Positions 54,100 to 62,726 of a stretch of 64,000 nucleotides of DNA are shown one piece after another (position 1 is the stretch's first letter; each line of letters starts with the position of its first letter). The notes below the pieces were generated by a model, which did no database searches, had not been told where the DNA came from, and worked only from the letters and a program-made list of their open reading frames with translations. Source of the DNA: a virus; IMG/VR virus record IMGVR_UViG_3300045988_095776, positions 1 through 64,000 of that record, one strand, 5' to 3'. A program made the position numbers and the translations under genes.

Positions 54100-54454
54100 T
54101 TTAACTGGAAAAAGCGTATTTGTAAAGACACAGGAAGAATATGAAAATATTCTTAACATTGCAAGGTTACAAGGTTTTGATAAATGGCCTGATAAAGTCA
54201 GCTTGTCGTCTAGGAATATCAAACTGCCAAATATTTTGATTTTTAAGGATAATGGAACAGTTGCTTACTGGAGTGATAAAGGAGTGCTTGAAGCATCCGA
54301 AATTATCGAATATGAAGAAAAAATCAAGGATGCAGTAAACCTTGTCAGAACGTTCGCTAAATACCCAGACAAAACAGCATTGACGGACTCATTTATTAAG
54401 TCCTTGAAGCTACTTGCAGATACTGTAGAAAGCCAGATGGAAGAGGTGAAGTAG
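54092..54454 (+). CDS. hypothetical protein
   Basis: gene train. Confidence 0.55.
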   Translation: MINLTGKSVFVKTQEEYENILNIARLQGFDKWPDKVSLSSRNIKLPNILIFKDNGTVAYWSDKGVLEASEIIEYEEKIKDAVNLVRTFAKYPDKTALTDSFIKSLKLLADTVESQMEEVK

Positions 54455-54868
54455 ATGGAGAGATTAACTGAAAGAGTGAATGACAGGCTCATAATGATGA
54501 AGCAGGATAGCGGCGATAATGTGCCGTATTACTGGGACGAGGGAAATTTTAAAGTGGCTGAAAAGCTTGCCGCTTATGAAGACTTAGAAGAACAGGGCTT
54601 GCTTGTGAGATTGCCGTGTAAGGTCGGAGATGATGTGTATATTATTCCAAGTCCACCTATATGCGGATTAAATATTTTTTACGGATGCGAAAATGTTAAT
54701 AGGGTATATCATCAGCATATCGAATCAATTACATTTGCCGGTAGCCACTGGTATGCGACAGGCCGTAATGAATATAAGGAAAAAGTGCTTAATGATACTG
54801 CTTATGGAATAACTTGGTTCACAGATTATGAAGAAGCTGAGAAGAAGTTGGAGGTGATGAAGAAATGA
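54455..54868 (+). CDS. hypothetical protein
   Basis: gene train. Confidence 0.55.
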   Translation: MERLTERVNDRLIMMKQDSGDNVPYYWDEGNFKVAEKLAAYEDLEEQGLLVRLPCKVGDDVYIIPSPPICGLNIFYGCENVNRVYHQHIESITFAGSHWYATGRNEYKEKVLNDTAYGITWFTDYEEAEKKLEVMKK

Positions 54869-55032
54869 AAGAATATAGTTGCCCGAAATGCAACAGCACA
54901 GATCTTTTTATCAGAAAATCCGGAAATAACACTGGATTGTACTGCGGAGATTGTGGAGCATGGATTAAATGGATTGGAAAGAAAGAGATTCCGTTGGTTG
55001 AACATTTTCTGAAACAACATAAGGAGCGGTAA
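54865..55032 (+). CDS. small zinc-ribbon protein (55 aa)
   Basis: not in track; CPKCN...CGDCG; ATGA overlap. Confidence 0.5.
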   Translation: MKEYSCPKCNSTDLFIRKSGNNTGLYCGDCGAWIKWIGKKEIPLVEHFLKQHKER

Positions 55033-55034
55033 CC

Positions 55035-55355
55035 ATGGACGCTAAAGAAGCAAAAGAAATCTTATCCGATATGAGAGACCAGCATTTATGTTTCTTGGGA
55101 AATTCAGAAATCAAAGAAGAATGGCAAAAGGAATATTTAAAAGAATCATGGGCGTGTGATTTTGGGGCAAAGGCATTAAAAAAGCAGATTCCAATGAAAC
55201 CAAATAATATAAAATCTATTCTTGATTTTTCTGGCAGATATTATACGGCAAAAGGCAATTGCCCAGTTTGCAATAGCGAGGGACTTAATAAATTAGATTT
55301 TTATTGCAATAAGTGTGGACAGAAATTAGATTGGAGTGAGAAAAATGGCAGATAA
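55035..55355 (+). CDS. hypothetical protein with C-terminal zinc ribbon
   Basis: CPVCN...CNKCG. Confidence 0.55.
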   Translation: MDAKEAKEILSDMRDQHLCFLGNSEIKEEWQKEYLKESWACDFGAKALKKQIPMKPNNIKSILDFSGRYYTAKGNCPVCNSEGLNKLDFYCNKCGQKLDWSEKNGR

Positions 55356-55500
55356 AACATGCAAAACTTGTATTGAAAACGACAACGGGCTGTGTGATCG
55401 CAAAGGCATCCTGATAGAGGAAGATGATAGCTGTGAAAATCACACAAAAAACCGGATGGACTCTTCAATGGAGAAATTCATTCGAAAATCAATGCGGTAA
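55345..55500 (+). CDS. hypothetical Cys-containing mini-protein (51 aa)
   Basis: not in track; overlaps upstream 3' end. Confidence 0.4.
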   Translation: MADKTCKTCIENDNGLCDRKGILIEEDDSCENHTKNRMDSSMEKFIRKSMR

Positions 55501-55537
55501 GGGCGGAAATGTCCTTACCAGACGGGAAGGTGGCTAA

Positions 55538-56359
55538 ATGACAAAGGTGAGTTGGATTCGATTAGAAATTGATATGTTTGACAACAAGAAAATCCGACAT
55601 ATCAGAAAACTTCCAGAGGGGAACAACATCGTTCTGATCTGGATGATGCTCCTGACGATGGCAGGACGTTGTAATTCAAACGGGATTATATTTCTGACAG
55701 AGAATATTCCATATACAAATAAAATGTTGGCTGACGAACTGGACTTTGATGAAAGTGTGATCGAACTTGCGCTTACAATTCTTGAAAAGTTTGGAATGAT
55801 AACCAGAGACGGAACATTACTTTCAATTCCCGGATGGGAAGAGCATCAGAATATTGATGGGCTTGAAAAAATCAGAGAGCAGACAAGAAAACGGGTTGCC
55901 GAGCACAGAAAACGTCAGAAAGAATTATCAGAGGAAGAACGTATGCCAGAGATTCCAGAGCAGATTTCTTGTGAAAAAGATTTAGTCAAGCCCGGTGACG
56001 TGCAGAAAGTAGTTGATGAATGGAATAAGCTTCAGCAGTTTGGTATTCAGCCAATTGCAAGAATGACATCAAGGCGAACTCAAATGCTGAAAGCAAGAAT
56101 CCGAGAATATGGCATGGATAAAGTAATGGAAGCACTGAAAAATGTACAAAATAGTGACTTCCTTATGGGAAAGAAAACTGATTTTATGATAAATTTTGAA
56201 TGGTTCGTGAAACCAAACAACTTCTTAAAGATACTCGAAAACAAATACCACAACAGGGAGGATATGCGAAATGGAACTGACGCAACTCAAAGAAATGTCG
56301 AACCACTCGTCCCACTTGGAGAATGGAATGGAGAAGAATCAGACACCCCATTCGCTTGA
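55538..56359 (+). CDS. phage replisome organiser / replication initiation protein
   Basis: N-terminus VSWIRLEIDMFDNKKIRHIRKLPEGNNIVLIWMMLL typical of the replisome-organiser N-domain. Confidence 0.65.
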   Translation: MTKVSWIRLEIDMFDNKKIRHIRKLPEGNNIVLIWMMLLTMAGRCNSNGIIFLTENIPYTNKMLADELDFDESVIELALTILEKFGMITRDGTLLSIPGWEEHQNIDGLEKIREQTRKRVAEHRKRQKELSEEERMPEIPEQISCEKDLVKPGDVQKVVDEWNKLQQFGIQPIARMTSRRTQMLKARIREYGMDKVMEALKNVQNSDFLMGKKTDFMINFEWFVKPNNFLKILENKYHNREDMRNGTDATQRNVEPLVPLGEWNGEESDTPFA

Positions 56360-57095
56360 ATGCCCTGAATGTGGGAACAGCGGGTGGAGATGGGTAAGAG
56401 ATGCAAGCGGTATTCCCTATTGTGAGGAATGCCCTTGCGGAATCAGAAAAAGAATAATCCTTGAAAATCAATTGAAATTTGCAGAGCTTCCAAACGTGTT
56501 TAAAGGCTCAAATTTCAACGATTTGAAGTCAAGTGTATATTTGAACACCGAGAGCCGAAAAGTATTTTCTCAGGCGGCTCAGGCGGTAAATTACTGGTTT
56601 AAAAATCTTCCAGATATGCAGAAGAAAGGGATAGGATTATATCTTTTCTCAAACACAAAAGGCTCTGGCAAAACCAAAACAGTATGCAGCTTGGCGAATG
56701 AAATCATGAAGAAATACCAGAAGCCAGTCAAGTTCACCACATCCCTAAGAATCCTCGATGAGATCAAGAACACATGGGGAGACAAAGGGAATACGGAGGG
56801 AAAGTTGATAGAGGATTTGTCCAGAACAGAAATCCTTATCATTGACGACTTCGGCGCTGATTCTGGAAAAGAATGGATTAACGAAAGGTTCTATAGCATT
56901 ATCAACGGGCGGTATGTTGATAGGAAGATTACTATATTCACAAGCAACTGCCAGATATCAGAACTGAAATATGATGAGAGAATCACAAACAGAATTCTGG
57001 AACGGTCACTGGAAATTCCGTTCCCGGAAGAATCCGTCCGGGCACATATGGCACAGCGTATCAGAATGGAAATGGTACAGGGGATGCAAAAATGA
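56328..57095 (+). CDS. DnaC/IstB-like helicase loader ATPase with N-terminal zinc finger
   Basis: Walker A GSGKTK, Walker B LIIDDFG; start set at ATG 56328 after GGAGAA. Confidence 0.7.
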   Translation: MEKNQTPHSLECPECGNSGWRWVRDASGIPYCEECPCGIRKRIILENQLKFAELPNVFKGSNFNDLKSSVYLNTESRKVFSQAAQAVNYWFKNLPDMQKKGIGLYLFSNTKGSGKTKTVCSLANEIMKKYQKPVKFTTSLRILDEIKNTWGDKGNTEGKLIEDLSRTEILIIDDFGADSGKEWINERFYSIINGRYVDRKITIFTSNCQISELKYDERITNRILERSLEIPFPEESVRAHMAQRIRMEMVQGMQK

Positions 57096-57304
57096 GAACG
57101 ATAAGTGAAATGTATAAACGTTCCGGCGGAACTGCGTATCAGCATAAATGTTCTGAATGCAGATTTTATAGGGACGGAAAGAGAGGAAAATGTCTGATGT
57201 ACGGCGCTGATCGGGACTGACATGGAAATTTTATTGCCTGTAAATTCTTCAATCTTGAAGATGATATGCCGGAAGGACAGATGAATATTTTTGATTATGT
57301 GTGA
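57092..57304 (+). pseudogene. hypothetical Cys-rich gene with in-frame TGA at 57218-57220 (ADRD-TGA-HGNFIACKFF)
   Basis: not in track; ATGA overlap with the loader gene; frame open to 57304 apart from one TGA. Confidence 0.5.
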
Positions 57305-57327
57305 ATAAGATTAATTGAGGTGATTGC

Positions 57328-57435
57328 ATGGAAAAAGTTATTTTGATTGCCATAAACGAAAGGCTTTTTAAACTCGGACTAATCAATGAAGAAACCAGAA
57401 ATAAAGTATTGGCAGAAATTAATGCAACAAAATAA
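57328..57435 (+). CDS. hypothetical 35-aa protein
   Basis: RBS GAGGTGA before ATG 57328. Confidence 0.35.
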   Translation: MEKVILIAINERLFKLGLINEETRNKVLAEINATK

Positions 57436-57448
57436 CGAAAAAACTATT

Positions 57449-57492
57449 GAATGGAGTCGAGAATAACGATTATAATATTCTTGATTCCATTC
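57449..57492. repeat. 44-bp imperfect inverted repeat (17-bp arms, 10-bp core) overlapping the recombinase promoter; attP- or operator-like
   Basis: gaatggagtcgagaata-acgattataa-tattcttgattccattc; arms match 15/17. Confidence 0.7.
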
Positions 57493-57517
57493 CTGCAATT
57501 ACAAAGGGGAATGATTT

Positions 57518-59188
57518 ATGAACATATATTATGCAAGGGAAAGATTAAGGACAGGATCTATTTTTGACCTAAAGTTAAAAGTGGCATATTACGCAAGAGT
57601 TAGCACGGAAAAAGTGGAGCAGCAGGTATCTATCAAGCACCAGCAAGAATATTACGAGGAATTTATTCGTTCAAATCAGAATTGGACTTTTTCGGGAGCA
57701 TATATTGACGATGGAATATCTGGAATCCATGCCGAAAAGAGAGAGGAATTTCAGAATATGATTCGAGATGCAAAGCTCGGAAGAGTAGATATGATCATCA
57801 CGAAAGAGATTTCCAGATTTGCCAGAAACACGCTTGACAGCATTCAATATACCAGAGAACTACTGTCCTATGGAGTTTGTGTATGGTTTCAAAACGACGG
57901 GATTAATACCATTGACGAGGACAGCGAATTACGTTTGACAATTATGGCAGGCGTTGCGCAAGATGAACTTCGAAAACTTTCGAGCCGTATCAAATTCGGA
58001 CATGCAAGGTCAATTCAGAACGGAGTTGTGCTTGGAAATCGAATATACGGATATCACAAGAAAGACGGGAAACTCACTATAGTTCCTGAAGAAGCTGAAA
58101 TGATTAGGATGATATTCAGAGATTACGCATCGGGAACCATGTCTACCCCTAAATTAGAAAAGAAATTATGGGACATGGGGTACAGGAACTTCAAGGGTGG
58201 AAAAATAAACAGAGATGTTATCAGGAATATTATCAAAAACCCCAAATATAAAGGATATTTTTGCGGTGGAAAAGTGAAGATTGTCGATATGTTTACCAAA
58301 AAGCAAGAATTCCTGCCAGAATCCAAATGGGTAATATTTAAGGATGACGGGAGCCGGGTACCTCAAATCATAGACGAAGAAACATGGGAAAAGGCGAATG
58401 AGTATATGAAGAAGAGAAGTGAAGCTATAAAATCTCATCGAACTTCGTTTAAAAACGGAAATCTCTTCACGGGTAAAATTTTTTGCGCTAATGATGGCGC
58501 TCCGTACTGGATGAAGCAGCATTATGTACGCGGAAAAGAAGATGTGAGATGGGTATGCAGTTACAAAATCAAAAATGGAGCGGATTCTTGCAGTTCACAC
58601 GGTATCAGAGAGTCTGATTTAAAGAAAGTGGTCGCAAGCCTTATCAACGAATCTTCATGTAATATAGATGAAGTTATCAAGGAATACTTAAATATAATAA
58701 GAAAAGTTATTAATAATAAGCCGGATACGGGCATTGAAAAAGAAAGGCTTCAAAACCAGATTGATGCAATAAAAAAGAAGAAAGAAAAAATACTGGAATA
58801 TAACCTTAATGGAAATATTCCGGACGAAGAGTTTATATCAAGGAATAAGGACTACACAAAACAAATCATTGATTTGGAGATGGAAATTTCGAAATTAGTC
58901 CCGGAAGATGTCGAACTACAAATAACAGAAAAACAACTTTCGAAAATCACAGAGGAACTAAAAAGTTTTAAAGAAGTAAAAGAAGAAGATATAAATCGCC
59001 AAATTATTGATAAGCTTTTTGACAAAATAGTTGTGTCGTTGTCGGCGGATAAACAAACCGTGTGCAAATTCTATTTAAGCACTGGATGCTTGAAAATACG
59101 GGATTTGGGTGGGGTTGTTCTGAATACATGTTATTTAACAATACGTAAGAACGACACAAGGCATTTTATAGGCGAACTTGTAGCTTAA
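57518..59188 (+). CDS. large serine recombinase (phage integrase type)
   Basis: 556 aa; YARVST catalytic Ser region, recombinase domain, Cys-rich zinc-ribbon region, C-terminal coiled coil. Confidence 0.85.
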   Translation: MNIYYARERLRTGSIFDLKLKVAYYARVSTEKVEQQVSIKHQQEYYEEFIRSNQNWTFSGAYIDDGISGIHAEKREEFQNMIRDAKLGRVDMIITKEISRFARNTLDSIQYTRELLSYGVCVWFQNDGINTIDEDSELRLTIMAGVAQDELRKLSSRIKFGHARSIQNGVVLGNRIYGYHKKDGKLTIVPEEAEMIRMIFRDYASGTMSTPKLEKKLWDMGYRNFKGGKINRDVIRNIIKNPKYKGYFCGGKVKIVDMFTKKQEFLPESKWVIFKDDGSRVPQIIDEETWEKANEYMKKRSEAIKSHRTSFKNGNLFTGKIFCANDGAPYWMKQHYVRGKEDVRWVCSYKIKNGADSCSSHGIRESDLKKVVASLINESSCNIDEVIKEYLNIIRKVINNKPDTGIEKERLQNQIDAIKKKKEKILEYNLNGNIPDEEFISRNKDYTKQIIDLEMEISKLVPEDVELQITEKQLSKITEELKSFKEVKEEDINRQIIDKLFDKIVVSLSADKQTVCKFYLSTGCLKIRDLGGVVLNTCYLTIRKNDTRHFIGELVA

Positions 59189-59249
59189 AAATAGCCCGCA
59201 AACACTGATATTTACTGGTTTTTTAACACATTTAACAGGAGTGGAATCA

Positions 59250-59996
59250 ATGAATAATACGCATACCGCATATGACGTAATGAAAGAATATTTAATAACC
59301 GATGCAGAGCTTGACGGGCTGTACCAGATACCGATGTTGCCGAAGTCAGATGCCGTACCGGGCAAAGGAATAGATTTCGTATCTTCAAAAGCCAGATCAT
59401 TGAAAGGCCATAAGGACCTGACCGTGAATTTCTATATCGACGATAAAAGTTTCTTGCAGGTATGGAATCAACCGGATCAGTATATCGAACACCTGAAATG
59501 TTTCAATTCAGTTTGCAGCCCAGATTTCACAATTGCTTCCGGGATGCCAAGTGCGTTGAATATCTACAACCTATACCGTAATCATGCGTTGGGGTATTAC
59601 TGGTCGATGATGGACGTTAACATCATTCCGTCCGTAAATATTATTAGTCCAAAGGAAATGCCATGGATATTTGACGGCACGCCGCATAGAAGTGTAGTAT
59701 CGTGCTGCACGAATGGCAGAGTACGGTCGAAATCTGCCAGAATGGAATTTTGCGAGAATTTTAAGGAAATGCTGGATGCGATTAAACCAACTAAGGTTGT
59801 GATCGTGGGTATCGTGCCGGATGAATTAAATGTAGACGTACCAATTATCAATCTTAACTCAAGGAGTCAGAATATGAAAGAAATATATGGAAAGGAGCAG
59901 CAGGCATGGGAACAATCAGCCAAGATGCGGCAAAACGCAGAAAAAAAGAAACAAGCCGGCAGAAGAGAAGAAGAACCAAGATTGCTGGTGCCGTAA
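59250..59996 (+). CDS. DUF4417-like protein
   Basis: VNFYIDDKSF..VWNQPDQY...SPDF...NIYNLYRNHALGYYW...IIPSV pattern; start moved to ATG 59250 after AGGAG. Confidence 0.5.
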   Translation: MNNTHTAYDVMKEYLITDAELDGLYQIPMLPKSDAVPGKGIDFVSSKARSLKGHKDLTVNFYIDDKSFLQVWNQPDQYIEHLKCFNSVCSPDFTIASGMPSALNIYNLYRNHALGYYWSMMDVNIIPSVNIISPKEMPWIFDGTPHRSVVSCCTNGRVRSKSARMEFCENFKEMLDAIKPTKVVIVGIVPDELNVDVPIINLNSRSQNMKEIYGKEQQAWEQSAKMRQNAEKKKQAGRREEEPRLLVP

Positions 59997-60096
59997 GAAG
60001 AAAAAATATGAAAAATGATGAGCTGAATGTGTTAAAATGAAAAATTCACATCGCGCCGAGATACATTATAGAAAATTATATACAAAATGCACAAAA

Positions 60097-60667
60097 TAAA
60101 AAAGTCGCAGGTCTGAATTAGTCTCAGATTTCTGCGATTTTTTTCAGATTTTTCCAGTTCAAACCACCCCGATTTTGATGATGTTTCTGACTTGTCGTAC
60201 ATTTCCTTGGTGTTCTCGTTCCGTCCCGGAGCTATCCCGGGAACCTTCAGCCGATCAGGAACAGACCGCCCAGTGAACCAATATAAGCTCCGCCGCCCGG
60301 CATGATCTGGCGGACTAGAGCCAAGCAGAGAGTCAACAGTACAGCCCACCGGGGATGACCCGAGAGCAGCCCGGGAACAGCTGTGGAAGTGCAGAGCCAG
60401 CGCCAATGCCAATTCTGATATAGCGTTGTAAAACGCGTTTAAAAGCGTTTTTGCGCAACCACGGTAAAATATACAGAAAACGAATAAAACACGCTTAAAA
60501 ATCCAAATACGGCGTTATAGAAGCATTTAAGGCACAACCGCCCAAGCAAAAACGCCTAAAGCGTACAGAAATAAGACCGCCGGAGCGATCACGAACAAAC
60601 CCCCGCATAGCTTCGTACGATCCGGAAGCATAAAGACCAGACCGGGCAAAGCGTCCGCGCAACTATA
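60097..60667 (-). ncRNA. candidate large structured ncRNA (~570 nt) bounded by a promoter and a terminator
   Basis: minus-strand TTGACG(60703-60698)-17 nt-TATTAT(60680-75); terminator hairpin 60135-60107 plus U6; no credible ORF; many G+C-rich hairpins. Confidence 0.45.
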
Positions 60668-60882
60668 CAGAATAATAATAACCCCGTTGTGCTCTGCCGT
60701 CAATCCTTGTTATCAATTCGATATTTGAAGATTTAAGGCGGTTTTATATACTTATGATAAAATATACCAGAATCACGCTAAAAGCCGTTAAAACGTCAAA
60801 TAGAAGCCAATGCAACTATACGGCTACAATCTCAATCGCAGCCTGTTCTAATTTTTTTCTTTTAGCTTTTGACATAATACCA

Positions 60883-60891
60883 CCCCCCCCC
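60883..60891. repeat. C9/G9 homopolymer tract
   Basis: 9 consecutive C on plus, 3 nt beyond the stop of the 60895-61194(-) gene. Confidence 0.9.
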
Positions 60892-60894
60892 TAT

Positions 60895-61194
60895 TTAACA
60901 AATGCCAAGTGATGCCAAAAAATCAGTATTAACATTTTCCCAGTAACCCGGAATAAGAGAAGAACGGCCACAAATATGCATAAGCCCGTATAAGTGCCGC
61001 CGCAGGTTTTTGACGCCGCACCAGACAGACGCACCGCAGCCGGAGCCTTCGACAGGAATACTATACACAGTCCCGCCATGTTCCCATAAATCCCAATTAC
61101 TGCCATCATTGGCAATAAAAACGCCATTTTCGACTATTTCCCGGGCATGATCGCACCAAATAGCGCCCATTTCTGAATAATTATATTTTCTCAT
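60895..61194 (-). CDS. hypothetical protein
   Basis: 99 aa; minus-strand RBS GGAAGAAGGAAAG. Confidence 0.6.
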   Translation of the reverse strand: MRKYNYSEMGAIWCDHAREIVENGVFIANDGSNWDLWEHGGTVYSIPVEGSGCGASVWCGVKNLRRHLYGLMHICGRSSLIPGYWENVNTDFLASLGIC

Positions 61195-61241
61195 TTCTTT
61201 CTTTCCTTCTTCCTTTTACCCATGGGAGCCGGGTTATAAAA

Positions 61242-61281
61242 GGCGTTGCCGGGAATCGAACCCGGTGGGAACCGTTACGCC
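61242..61281 (-). other. tRNA-like acceptor/T-arm minihelix (not a complete tRNA)
   Basis: minus strand ggcgtaacggttcccaCCGGGTTCGATTCCCGGcaacgcc followed by tttt; canonical T-loop but no D or anticodon arms. Confidence 0.6.
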
Positions 61282-61287
61282 TGAAAA

Positions 61288-61656
61288 CTAAATCCTTTTT
61301 GTAAACTCGATTTCCGTATATTTTTCCCCGGTCACCTCGTTTACAAATGCCAAAATTCCGGTTCTTGTGAAATCCAAACGTGAAAAATCAAATCCCTTTT
61401 GCGCAAGTCTATATTCATAAGAACGCCCGCAGCCCTCAGTGTCGTAGTATGTGCCGTCGACATGTAACGCGTTAGGTTGCACCATTGGGCACCCTTTTTT
61501 ATTTGCGTCGCGTCTCTGGTAGCCGCCAAAATCTGCAACAACGTGCAGACCGTCCAGCGTGTCAAATTCTGCACGAACTCTACAATTCGGCACGTCTGAG
61601 CCGTTTCCGTAGCCTGTTCCCGTGCATCCATATTCTACTAATGTTAATTTTTTCAT
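61288..61656 (-). CDS. hypothetical protein
   Basis: start set at the internal ATG (61656) preceded by TAAGGAGGA; the longer track ORF N-terminus spans a terminator hairpin. Confidence 0.55.
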   Translation of the reverse strand: MKKLTLVEYGCTGTGYGNGSDVPNCRVRAEFDTLDGLHVVADFGGYQRRDANKKGCPMVQPNALHVDGTYYDTEGCGRSYEYRLAQKGFDFSRLDFTRTGILAFVNEVTGEKYTEIEFTKRI

Positions 61657-61723
61657 GTTTTTAATCCTCCTTAATAACCAATTAAAATATAATGAGCAAC
61701 CAACAGGAACGGGAAAGAAACAG

Positions 61724-61753
61724 CCGCAAAGCCTAACAAGTAGGCTTTTGCGG
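61724..61753 (-). terminator. terminator-like hairpin
   Basis: ccgcaaagcct-N7-aggcttttgcgg; T-rich tail on the minus strand. Confidence 0.5.
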
Positions 61754-61814
61754 TATGAATAACTTTTCTTCGATGGATTCGCTGCCACTGGGAATAGGTA
61801 TATTTTTTCACGGT

Positions 61815-62210
61815 TCATACCTCCATTTCTTTGTGTGCTTCGTCAAAATCTTCTTCGAGATCGTCCAGCACTTCAGAAATTGCGGAGCCTAATAAGTAAC
61901 ATCTAATAGAAACGTCAATAGATTCGAAATTATCATTCATCCACCAGTCACACACTTGTTTTTTACAATCAAATTCGCTAACCATTTCGTTAACAAGTTC
62001 TTTGTTACTGTTTACGTAATTTTCAGCTGTGGCACGATTAAAGGTATAACTTCCGCTTGCATTACCTGTCACGCTGTCTTCTGCCCAAAGTTCATCATTC
62101 AATTTTTCTTCCAGTTCTTCCAGGCTGTCAAAATCTGTGAAATCAATTTCACAATCAATATAATTTTTAACATCTTCTTTTACTGCTTCCATGTAATTGT
62201 ATTTTGTCAT
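61815..62210 (-). CDS. hypothetical acidic protein
   Basis: 131 aa; WAEDSVTGNASGSYTFN motif seen in mobile-element proteins; function unknown. Confidence 0.55.
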   Translation of the reverse strand: MTKYNYMEAVKEDVKNYIDCEIDFTDFDSLEELEEKLNDELWAEDSVTGNASGSYTFNRATAENYVNSNKELVNEMVSEFDCKKQVCDWWMNDNFESIDVSIRCYLLGSAISEVLDDLEEDFDEAHKEMEV

Positions 62211-62451
62211 TGTTTTTTACCTTGCGCCCTGTTACAATAAGAACGCCCTTTCTTTTTTATTTTTGGGTGCCGGTTGTCTGTCTTGGTAGGATGCAACCGG
62301 CTTTTTTATTTCCTTTGATGGTTATATAATAGCATAGTTTAATAATAATGTCAATAGCATAGTTTAATAAAATGTATTATTTTTAAAATAGTGTTTTTTC
62401 TGCACATATAATAGGAAATAAAAAAATATCGAAATAAAAACCCATAGCCGA

Positions 62452-62480
62452 TTGACGCATAGTTTAATAAATGATATAAT
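62452..62480 (+). promoter_or_regulatory. sigma-70-type promoter with embedded operator repeat
   Basis: TTGACG-17 nt (catagtttaataaatga)-TATAAT. Confidence 0.7.
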
Positions 62481-62510
62481 CAAAGCAAACAATAACAGGA
62501 GGGTTAATAA

Positions 62511-62705
62511 ATGGCATTTAAAGAGAAAGAAAAGGAACTTTCATATATTGCACAATATCAAAAAGACAAGTACGACCGTATAACAGTAATGGCACCAAAG
62601 GGAACCAAGGAAGACGTAAAAAGAGCAGCCGATCTAAAAGGCGTCAAGATGTCTGCATTCGTTCTGGAGTGCATACAGAAAGAATTGGAAAGAATGAAAA
62701 ATTAG
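62511..62705 (+). CDS. Arc/CopG-like (RHH) small DNA-binding protein
   Basis: YDRITVMAPKGTKEDVKRAADLKGVKMSAFVLECIQKEL; RBS AGGAGGG. Confidence 0.55.
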   Translation: MAFKEKEKELSYIAQYQKDKYDRITVMAPKGTKEDVKRAADLKGVKMSAFVLECIQKELERMKN

Positions 62706-62726
62706 AAGAATAGTTTAATAAAATAC

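Noticed and set aside
60032-60412. 126-aa minus-strand ORF in the G+C-rich stretch
   Set aside because: Its Ala/Gly/Arg/Ser/Pro-rich translation is typical of a random frame in G+C-rich DNA. It has no RBS and reads straight through a terminator hairpin. The region is better explained as non-coding RNA or non-coding DNA.
59997-60900. Host chromosome flank or disrupted host gene marking a prophage end
   Set aside because: The G+C-rich composition suggested this. However, mobile-element-type genes continue on both sides, no host-like ORF can be reconstructed, and an intact attP-like repeat sits beside the serine recombinase.
61242-61281. Complete tRNA gene
   Set aside because: Only a T-arm and a 5-bp acceptor-like stem are present. 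No D-arm, anticodon arm or matching 7-nt acceptor 5' strand lies within about 80 nt upstream.
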